64,000 nucleotides of DNA from Isoptericola halotolerans (GTDB lineage: Bacteria; Actinomycetota; Actinomycetes; Actinomycetales; Cellulomonadaceae), in assembly GCF_013149785.1 (NCBI RefSeq), contig NZ_JABEZU010000004.1, positions 248,001 to 312,000 of the forward strand. The letters are read 5' to 3'. Below are positions 56,734-64,000 of the stretch, one piece after another. Position numbers and translations under genes: made by a program. Below the pieces are notes generated by a model. The model saw nothing but the letters and a program-made list of their open reading frames with translations, did not search any database and had not been told where the DNA came from. Numbering within the stretch: the stretch's first letter is position 1; each line of letters starts with the position of its first letter.

Positions 56734-56967
56734 TCAGGGCGTGCGCATCCCGACGGTCCGTGCCCAGGCGACGGCGTCCGCGCGGGTCGAGACCCCGAGC
56801 TTGCGGTAGACGCTGCGCACCTGTGACTTGACCGTGTTCCGCGTGACGAAAAGCTTGCTGGCGATCTGCTCGAGCGTGACTTCCTCGGAGAGGTTGGACA
56901 GCACGACCTGCTCACGGACCGTCAGGCCTGGGTCGAGGACCGGACGGTCCATCTCGATTGCACTCAT
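56734..56967 (-). CDS. Stand-alone LuxR/GerE-type HTH protein (77 aa)
   Basis: LTVRE.VVL, IA..LFVT.NTVKSQ..SVYRKLGV..R; RBS GGAGG. Confidence 0.85.
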   Translation of the reverse strand: MSAIEMDRPVLDPGLTVREQVVLSNLSEEVTLEQIASKLFVTRNTVKSQVRSVYRKLGVSTRADAVAWARTVGMRTP

Positions 56968-57209
56968 CGTTCTTCCTCCATGACGGCCGCCGATCGCCAC
57001 GATCGACTTGGGGATCTGCCGTCACGTATGGAGAGTGTCGAGGAACACGTTCATGACGCGCGCCACACGGATCGTGAGAGTGCAACCGCGGTCGGAGCGC
57101 TCCCACAGGGCCCTGCGCAGGGCTCCCGTGGGGGTGATTGCGCAGGCCAGACCGTTATCACGGTGTTGCGTGAAGCAACGAAAGTCCGATCATCACGATT
57201 TGGTCACGA

Positions 57210-57578
57210 TCAACCAGCGTGCTGCGCGTACTCCTCCGCGGACAGCAGCTGCCCGGCCTCCGAGACCTCCACCTTGAACAGCCAGCCCGCACCGAACGGC
57301 TCGGCGTTGACCACGGCCGGGTCGTCGATCGCCGCCTGGTTGACCTCCACCACCGTGCCGGAGACGGGCGAGTACAGCTCGGAGACCGACTTGGTGGACT
57401 CGATCTCGCCGATGACGGTGCCCGCCTCAATCGTCGCGCCGACCTCCGGCAGCTCGAGGTACACGACGTCGCCGAGCGCCTCGGCGGCCACGGACGTCAC
57501 GCCCACCGTCGCGGGGGACGCGTCGTCGACCCACTCGTGCTCGACGGAGTAGCGCAGGTTGTCGGGGAAGTCGGCCAT
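57210..57578 (-). CDS. gcvH: Glycine cleavage system H protein
   Basis: EHEW, LGDVVY, IESTKSVS lipoyl site, GWLFK. Confidence 0.95.
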   Translation of the reverse strand: MADFPDNLRYSVEHEWVDDASPATVGVTSVAAEALGDVVYLELPEVGATIEAGTVIGEIESTKSVSELYSPVSGTVVEVNQAAIDDPAVVNAEPFGAGWLFKVEVSEAGQLLSAEEYAQHAG

Positions 57579-57673
57579 GGTGGTGCTCCTGTCATGAGGG
57601 TGCGGCTCGGGGAACTCAGCAGATTCTGTCGGACAAAGGTGCCACGGGGTGGCGTCGAGCGCGTGCGGACGCC

Positions 57674-58843
57674 TCAGCCGCGGTCGCGGCGGTAGAACGG
57701 CAGCGGGACGACGACGAAGGGTTCCGCCCTCCCCCGCACGTCGACGGCCAGCTCGGTCCCCTCGGCGGACACCTCCGGCGTCACGTACGCCATCGCGACC
57801 GGGTGACCGAGCGTCGGCGACGGTGCCCCGGACGTCACGGTGCCGACCTGCAGGGCGGCGGCGACGTCGTCGGGCCGGGCCGGGTCCGGCTGCACGACGG
57901 CGTGTCCCGCGCGTGCCGGCCGCCGAGCGGTGCCGCGCAGCCCCACCAGCACCCGCGCCGGCGCGCTCTCCCGGCGTGCGGCCAGCGCGTCGCGCCCGAC
58001 GAACTCGACCGGGGTGCCGTCGTCGGACACCTTGTCGAGCTTGACGATGCGCCCCATGCCCGCGTCGTACGGCGTCGTGGTCGTGTCGAGCTCGTGACCG
58101 TAGAGGGGCATACCGGCCTCGAGCCGCAGGGAGTCGCGCGCGGAGAGGCCGGCGGGAACCAGGCCCTGCGGCTCGCCGGCCGCGAGCAGCGCCCGCCACA
58201 GCGCCACGGCGTGCGGGGCCGCCACCCAGATCTCGAAGCCGTCCTCCCCGGTGTACCCGGTGCGGGCCACGAGGACCTCCTCGTCGCCGAACCGCATGCC
58301 CAGGCACGCGTAGTACTTCAGCTCGTCGAACGCGGCGCCGTCGGTGCCCTGCGCGTCCTGCAGCACCTCGCGGACGATCTCGGCCGCTCGAGGGCCCTGC
58401 ACCGCGACCAGCGCCTGGGCGGCCGAGACGTCGCGCACCTGGACGTCGAACCCGGCCGCCCGCTCGAGCAGCGCGACAAGCACCGTCTCGGCGTTCGCGG
58501 CGTTGGCCACGACGAAGAACTCCTCGTCACCGGTGCGGTAGGCGATGAGGTCGTCCAGCACTCCCCCGTCAGCGGCGCAGATCATCGTGTACCGCGCCTT
58601 CCCCCGGCGCAGCGCGCTGAAGCTGCCGACCAGCGCGTGGTCCAGGAACCGTGCGGCCTGCGGCCCGGCGATGCTCAGCCCGCCCATGTGCGACAGGTCG
58701 AACAGCCCGGCGGCCTCGCGGACCGCACGGTGCTCGGCGAGGTCCGACGTGTACCGCAGCGGCATCTGCCAGCCGCCGAAGTCCGTCATCGACGCTCCGA
58801 GCGCCTCGTGCTCGGCGTGCAGCGGCGTCTTCTTCTCGGTCAT
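57674..58843 (-). CDS. gcvT: Glycine cleavage system T protein
   Basis: F.GW.MP..Y, FDLSHMG, RTGYTGEDGFE, RDSLRLEAG. Confidence 0.95.
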   Translation of the reverse strand: MTEKKTPLHAEHEALGASMTDFGGWQMPLRYTSDLAEHRAVREAAGLFDLSHMGGLSIAGPQAARFLDHALVGSFSALRRGKARYTMICAADGGVLDDLIAYRTGDEEFFVVANAANAETVLVALLERAAGFDVQVRDVSAAQALVAVQGPRAAEIVREVLQDAQGTDGAAFDELKYYACLGMRFGDEEVLVARTGYTGEDGFEIWVAAPHAVALWRALLAAGEPQGLVPAGLSARDSLRLEAGMPLYGHELDTTTTPYDAGMGRIVKLDKVSDDGTPVEFVGRDALAARRESAPARVLVGLRGTARRPARAGHAVVQPDPARPDDVAAALQVGTVTSGAPSPTLGHPVAMAYVTPEVSAEGTELAVDVRGRAEPFVVVPLPFYRRDRG

Positions 58844-58850
58844 GGCGTCC

Positions 58851-61769
58851 TCAGTTCTCACCGAGAGGCTCGGCGTAGGCGTCGATGGGCGGGCAGGAGC
58901 ACTGCAGGTTGCGGTCCCCGTGCGCCTGGTCGATCCGGCGGACCGGGGGCCAGTACTTGCCACGGCGCAGGCTCGCGACCGGGTACGCACCGTCCTCGCG
59001 CGAGTACGGGCGTTCCCACGCGGCCCCGAGCAGCGACGACGCGGTGTGCGGGGCGTTACGCAGAGGGGAGTCCTCGACCGACCAGCGGCCGGCGGCGACG
59101 GCGTCGATCTCGCCGCGGATGGCGATCATCGCCTCCACGAACCGGTCGAGCTCGGCGAGGTCCTCGGACTCGGTCGGCTCGACCATGAGGGTGCCGGGCA
59201 CGGGGAACGCCATCGTCGGGGCGTGGAAGCCGAAGTCGACCAGCCGCTTGGCGACGTCGTCGACCGTGACGCCGGTCTCGGCGGTGAGCCGGCGCAGGTC
59301 CAGGATGCACTCGTGGGCCACCAGGCCGTTCGCCCCGGCGTAGAGCACCGGGTAGTGGCCGCGGAGCCGGGAGGCCACGTAGTTCGCCGTGAGCACCGCG
59401 TTCTCGGTGGCTGCCGTCAGCCCGTCCGGGCCCATGAGCGCGAGGTAGGCGTAGGAGATCGGCAGGATGCCGGCCGAGCCGTGCGGCGCCGCGGACACCG
59501 GCGGCACTCCCCCGGCCGCCGCGTCGCCGCCGGCCGCCGTGCCCGACGGCGCGGGGTCGCCCGGCAGGAACGGCACCAGGTGCTCGGCGACCGCGACGGG
59601 GCCCACACCCGGACCGCCGCCACCGTGCGGGATGCAGAACGTCTTGTGCAGGTTGAGGTGCGACACGTCGCCGCCGAAGCGCCCCGGGCGGGCGAGCCCG
59701 ACGAGCGCGTTGAGGTTCGCCCCGTCGATGTACACCTGACCGCCCGCGTCGTGTACAGCAGCGCACACCTCGCGGACGTGCTCCTCGTAGACCCCGTGCG
59801 TGGACGGGTACGTGATCATGATCCCGGCCACGTGGTCACCGTGCTGCGCGAGCTTGGCGTGCAGGTCGTCCAGCTCGATCTCGCCGTCGTCGGCCGTGGC
59901 CACCACCACCACCCGCAGCCCGGCGAGGGCCGCCGACGCGGCGTTCGTCCCGTGCGCCGACGCGGGGATCAGCACCAGGTCGCGGACCTCCTCGCCCCGG
60001 GAGGCGTGGAAGGCGCGGATGGCGAGCAGCCCCGCGAGCTCACCCTGCGAGCCCGCGTTGGGCTGCACCGACACCGCGGCGTACCCGGTGATCTCGGCGA
60101 GCTGACGCTCGAGAGTGCCGATCAGCTCCGCGTAGCCCTGCGCCTGGTCGGCGGGCACGTAGGGGTGCAGGTCGGCGAATCCCGGCCAGCTGATGGGCTC
60201 CATCTCCGCGGTGGCGTTGAGCTTCATGGTGCACGAGCCGAGCGGGATCATCGTGCGGTCCAGCGCCAGGTCCTTGTCGCTCAAGGACCGTAGGTAGCGC
60301 AGCATCGCCGTCTCCGACCGGTGCTGGTGGAACACCGGGTGCTGCAGGTACTCGGTCCCGCGCAGGAGCGCGTCGTCCAGGCCGACCCCTTCGGCCGCAT
60401 CCGCCGGTGCGGCGCCGAACAGCCCGAGCAGCGCCACGACGTCCGCCTCGGTCGTCGTCTCGTCGCAGGCGATCTGTACATGGTCGCTGTCCGCCACGTA
60501 CAGGTTGTACCCCGCCTCGACGGCGGCCGCACCGACCGCTGCGGCACGGCCCGGCACCGCCACCCGCACGGTGTCGAAGAACGCCCCGTGCTCGACCTCG
60601 GTGCCGGCGGCACGCAGCCCGCCCGCGAGCGCGACCGCCCGGCCGTGCACCCGCTCACCGATCGCCCGCAGACCGTCCGGACCGTGGTAGACCGCGTACA
60701 TCGACGCCACGATCGCCAGCAGCGCCTGGGCCGTGCAGATGTTCGACGTCGCCCGCTCGCGGCGGATGTGCTGCTCGCGCGTCGCGAGGGCGAGCCGGTA
60801 CGCGACCGCGCCGTCGGCGTCGACCGAGACCCCGACGAGCCGCCCGGGGAGCTGGCGCTCCAGACCCTTGCGCACCGCCATGAACGCCGCGTGCGGGCCG
60901 CCGTAGAAGAGCGGGACGCCGAACCGCTGCGCCGACCCCACGGCGATGTCCGCACCGAGCTCACCGGGGGAGACCAGCATCGTCAATGCCAGCAGGTCGG
61001 TGGCCATGGTGACCAGCGCGCCGCGCTCCTTCGCCTCGGCCACGACGCCCCGCGTGTCCAGCACGCGGCCCGACGCCCCCGCCTGCTGCACGACGACGCC
61101 CACCAGCCGGCCCGGAGGGAGCGTGCCGCCGTCCGCCTCGAACGCGGCGATCCCGGCGTCGAGGCCGTCCTCCAGCGAGAGCACGACGACCGGCAGCCCC
61201 ACGGCCTCGGCACGGCCCTGGGTGACGGCGAGCGACTGGCCGAACAGCTCGGCGTCGAGCACCACGTACCCCTGCTTGGCCCGCGACGCCCGCCACATGA
61301 GGGCGACGGCCTCCGCGACGGCGGTCGCCTCGTCCAGCAGCGAGGCACCGGCGATCGCCAGGCCCGTCAGGTCCTCGACCACCTGCTGGAAGTTGAGCAG
61401 CGCCTCCAGACGGCCCTGGGAGATCTCCGGCTGGTACGGCGTGTACGCCGTGTACCAGGCGGGGGACTCGAGCACGTTGCGGCGGATCACCGGGGGAGTG
61501 AGGGTCGGGTAGTACCCCAGGCCGATCATCTGGCGCTTGACCTGGTTCTTCGCGGCGATCTGGCGCAGGTCGTCCAGCACCTCGGCCTCGCTGCGCGCGG
61601 CCGGCAGGTCGAGCGGCTCGCGCTCACGGATCGACGCGGGGACGGCGGCGTCGACGAGCGCGTCCAGGTCCGCGTAGCCGAGCTCGGCGAGCATCGCGCT
61701 CGTCTCGTGACCGCGCGGGCCGATGTGCCGGTCGGCGAAGAGGTCCGGGTCGAAGGGGGAGTGGGTCAC
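58851..61769 (-). CDS. gcvP: Glycine dehydrogenase (P protein)
   Basis: [35 protein letters not shown]. Confidence 0.97.
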   Translation of the reverse strand: MTHSPFDPDLFADRHIGPRGHETSAMLAELGYADLDALVDAAVPASIREREPLDLPAARSEAEVLDDLRQIAAKNQVKRQMIGLGYYPTLTPPVIRRNVLESPAWYTAYTPYQPEISQGRLEALLNFQQVVEDLTGLAIAGASLLDEATAVAEAVALMWRASRAKQGYVVLDAELFGQSLAVTQGRAEAVGLPVVVLSLEDGLDAGIAAFEADGGTLPPGRLVGVVVQQAGASGRVLDTRGVVAEAKERGALVTMATDLLALTMLVSPGELGADIAVGSAQRFGVPLFYGGPHAAFMAVRKGLERQLPGRLVGVSVDADGAVAYRLALATREQHIRRERATSNICTAQALLAIVASMYAVYHGPDGLRAIGERVHGRAVALAGGLRAAGTEVEHGAFFDTVRVAVPGRAAAVGAAAVEAGYNLYVADSDHVQIACDETTTEADVVALLGLFGAAPADAAEGVGLDDALLRGTEYLQHPVFHQHRSETAMLRYLRSLSDKDLALDRTMIPLGSCTMKLNATAEMEPISWPGFADLHPYVPADQAQGYAELIGTLERQLAEITGYAAVSVQPNAGSQGELAGLLAIRAFHASRGEEVRDLVLIPASAHGTNAASAALAGLRVVVVATADDGEIELDDLHAKLAQHGDHVAGIMITYPSTHGVYEEHVREVCAAVHDAGGQVYIDGANLNALVGLARPGRFGGDVSHLNLHKTFCIPHGGGGPGVGPVAVAEHLVPFLPGDPAPSGTAAGGDAAAGGVPPVSAAPHGSAGILPISYAYLALMGPDGLTAATENAVLTANYVASRLRGHYPVLYAGANGLVAHECILDLRRLTAETGVTVDDVAKRLVDFGFHAPTMAFPVPGTLMVEPTESEDLAELDRFVEAMIAIRGEIDAVAAGRWSVEDSPLRNAPHTASSLLGAAWERPYSREDGAYPVASLRRGKYWPPVRRIDQAHGDRNLQCSCPPIDAYAEPLGEN

Positions 61770-61804
61770 GAGGAGCGCTCCGAGGGTCGGTGGAGGAGGA
61801 CCCT

Positions 61805-62005
61805 CCCCGCTCTGTCATGGGACCTGAGAGTTTTGCCGGTCCGCCTCGCGGGGCGCGCCGACTTGCACCGTCGGTGGGCCGTCCGCCCCCAGGGCGTCCG
61901 ACCACTTTTCAGAGTTGCCTCGCCGCGACGGTACGGGGGCCTGAGAGATTCCCGGGGAGGGTTTGCTCCTTCGGCGCCGGCCGGGGCCGGGCTCTCCCGA
62001 CGCGG
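61805..62005 (-). ncRNA. Tandem glycine riboswitch
   Basis: Minus strand GGAGAG..CGCCGAAGGAGCAA..CTCTCAGG, then CTCTGAAAAG..CACCGACGGTGCAA..CTCTCAGG..GACAGAG, upstream of gcvP. Confidence 0.9.
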
Positions 62006-62051
62006 TTCGAGCGGCTATGCGGTTGTGCGGCCGCTGGGGCCGCGCGTCAGT

Positions 62052-62312
62052 CTACCCACGCGGTCCCGGGTGCCGGCCGCCGGCGGGTGCGGGGAGCCGT
62101 TCCCGCGAGCGGTCGGTCAGGAGGAAGACCGCCGGGCCGACCACCGGCACGGCCAGGACGATCAGGAACCACAGCACGCCAGCGACGCCGGTCGCCCAGG
62201 TGGAGGTCCACAGCTCCTTCAGCGCCCAGGCCGTCAACGCCAGCGCGGCGAGCGCGAGGACGGACCAGCCGACGTCGTAGGCGACCGGGGCGAACTGCGG
62301 CAGGGGGTCCAC
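62052..62312 (-). CDS. PLDc N-terminal domain small membrane protein
   Basis: W.LIVL.VPVVGP.VF; TAGGCT 6 nt before GTG. Confidence 0.65.
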   Translation of the reverse strand: MDPLPQFAPVAYDVGWSVLALAALALTAWALKELWTSTWATGVAGVLWFLIVLAVPVVGPAVFLLTDRSRERLPAPAGGRHPGPRG

Positions 62313-62363
62313 CCGACCAGCCTAGCGAGGCCCGGGTCCGCACGGTAGGACCGCCGCCCCACC

Positions 62364-63272
62364 TCAGCCGAGCTCGAGCTGGCGAGCGACGTCGACCATC
62401 GCGTCGACGACGGCCCGTACCGCCGGCCCGGGCTCGTGCCGGGTGGCTCGGTGGCGCACGATGACCCGTCGCGACCCGAGGCCCGGCATCGCGACCACGT
62501 CGACACCGTCGGGCAGCTCGCCGCTCTCGACGGCGAGCGCCGGCAGCATGGCGATGCCTTGCCCGGCGGCGACGAGCGCGAGCGCGGTGTCGAAGTCGAA
62601 GTAGGCGTGCCGCGGCTCGAGCGTGGCCCCCAGGGAGCGGCCGAGGCGGCGCAGGGCGCGGTCTGCGGCGGTCCCGCCGACGGCACCGACCCATGGCAGG
62701 TCGCGCAGGTCGTCGAGCCGTTCCGGCGTCGGCAGCGACACGGGCACCACGAGTCGCCAGGGCTCGTCGAGCAGCGGGATGTCGTGCGCACCGCGGGGGG
62801 CGGGGGCGTCGACGTCGCCGTCGTGCTCCAGCAGCACGACGTCGAGGTCCCCGGCCCGGAGCATCCGCACCGACTCGGCGGGCTCGTGCTCGCGGACGTC
62901 GATGGTGACCCCCGGGTGCTCCTCGGCGAGCGGTGCGAGCAGGGGCGCGACGACGGCGCGGATGGCGGACTGGAAGGCGCCGACCTTGACCGTTCCGGTG
63001 ACGCCCTCGCCGAGGTTCGCGATCTCCTGGCGCGCCTCGAGGAGCTCGGCCTCGATGCGTTCGGCCACGTCGGCGAGCACGCGCCCGGCGGGGGTGAGGC
63101 TGACTCCGCGGGGGCCTCGGTCGAGCACGGGGAAGCCCTCCTCGGACTCCAGACGCGCGATTTGCTGAGACACGGCAGAGGGCGTCACGTGCAAAAGATC
63201 TGCCGCGGCGAGGACGCCTCCGGCACGGTGCACGGCAAGGAGGAAGGCAAGCCTTCGTGGGTCGGTAGCCAT
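62364..63272 (-). CDS. LysR family regulator
   Basis: AA..L.VTPSAVSQQI..LE, LTPAG. Confidence 0.93.
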   Translation of the reverse strand: MATDPRRLAFLLAVHRAGGVLAAADLLHVTPSAVSQQIARLESEEGFPVLDRGPRGVSLTPAGRVLADVAERIEAELLEARQEIANLGEGVTGTVKVGAFQSAIRAVVAPLLAPLAEEHPGVTIDVREHEPAESVRMLRAGDLDVVLLEHDGDVDAPAPRGAHDIPLLDEPWRLVVPVSLPTPERLDDLRDLPWVGAVGGTAADRALRRLGRSLGATLEPRHAYFDFDTALALVAAGQGIAMLPALAVESGELPDGVDVVAMPGLGSRRVIVRHRATRHEPGPAVRAVVDAMVDVARQLELG

Positions 63273-63412
63273 GTAGCAATACTAAGTTGGTTCTGCAGAA
63301 ACATTCAATTGCGCTGAACGAGTTTCGTGTCGCACCATGGTCCACGGCGCCCGCCGGAGAACACTGCCCGAGGCCGGCGCACACCCCACCCATCCCCCGT
63401 GAGGAGGCTCGT

Positions 63413-63799
63413 ATGTCGCCGTACCTGTTGTTCGTGGTCACTGTTCTTGGTTGGGTCGGCGCGATCGTCGGCCTCATCGCCTACCTCCAGGTCTCACGGG
63501 GTCGCTGGGCCCCGACCTCGCTGCCGTTCCAGCTCTCGAACCTCTGCGCCACGTCGCTGATGTTCCTCGTGGCCGCGGTGAACGGCGTCTGGCCCTCGGC
63601 GGCGGCGAACATCGCCTGGATGGTCATCGGTGCCCAGGCGCTGCTGGTGATCGCCCGCGCCCGCCGCGCGGCCCGCCCGACGACGGTCGAGCTCCCGCTC
63701 GTGGCGGAGGACGTGGCGATCACGCGCATCGACGTGACGCCCGCCGAGCCCGCGGTCGAGCGCTTCGCGGTCGCCGCCCCCGCACCCGTGCTCCGCTGA
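63413..63799 (+). CDS. CBU_0592-like three-TM membrane protein
   Basis: LGW.GA...L.AY, FQ..N, WPS...N..W; RBS GAGGAGG. Confidence 0.7.
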   Translation: MSPYLLFVVTVLGWVGAIVGLIAYLQVSRGRWAPTSLPFQLSNLCATSLMFLVAAVNGVWPSAAANIAWMVIGAQALLVIARARRAARPTTVELPLVAEDVAITRIDVTPAEPAVERFAVAAPAPVLR

Positions 63800-63828
63800 T
63801 CGACTGATCCACGGGCGGGCGGCCCCGC

Positions 63829-64000
63829 TCAGAGGCTCTGCTGCCAGGCCACGATCCGGTCGACGGCACGCGTGACGACGTCCGGGGCGGCCGCGAACGA
63901 CAGCCGCACCCAGTCGTGGCCGCGCTCGCCGTCGAAGTCCGTGCCCGGCGTGATCGCGACGTCCGCCTCGGCCAGCAGGCGGGCGCAGTACGTCACCGAG
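63829..64000 (-). CDS. PLP-dependent aminotransferase class I/II, C-terminal part
   Basis: Hand translation LL.EA.VA.TPG.DFD...G..WVRLSFA...stop. Confidence 0.8.
   Translation of the reverse strand, partial: SVTYCARLLAEADVAITPGTDFDGERGHDWVRLSFAAAPDVVTRAVDRIVAWQQSL

Noticed and set aside
1..64000. tRNA, rRNA, CRISPR array, transposase, integrase or prophage genes
   Set aside because: None recognised by eye or in the ORF track; a covariance or HMM scan would be needed to exclude them fully

Overview
Very GC-rich actinobacterial chromosome segment; gene content and style suggest Micrococcales (Cellulomonadaceae/Promicromonosporaceae-like, inferred). The left half (1-28.5 kb) is mostly a plant-glycan utilisation region: a heparinase II/III-like gene with a DeoR-LacI regulator; a DUF916, GH43_24, GH59, WxL-like cluster; and a LacI, ABC importer, GH127 and two GH39-like enzymes tied together by a repeated palindromic operator. 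The right half is housekeeping and accessory: tag, a DASS transporter with CitAB (kinase frameshifted), a NarL-type two-component system, SAM riboswitch-metF-metE, a FusB-like gene, GH5-ricin, CIRCE-hsp20 and glycine riboswitch-gcvPTH. The best candidate for an undescribed system is a WxL-like/DUF916 surface scaffold flanking secreted glycosidases that lack anchors but share a ~90-aa Cys-bracketed C-terminal domain. Other notable items: a circularly permuted LamG inserted in a ricin domain, a mini-protein that is essentially only a sortase signal, a probable leader peptide before the FusB-like gene, a perfect 29-bp inverted repeat and several deletion scars. No rRNA, tRNA, CRISPR array or transposase was seen. 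All family calls come from motif recognition, not database searches.
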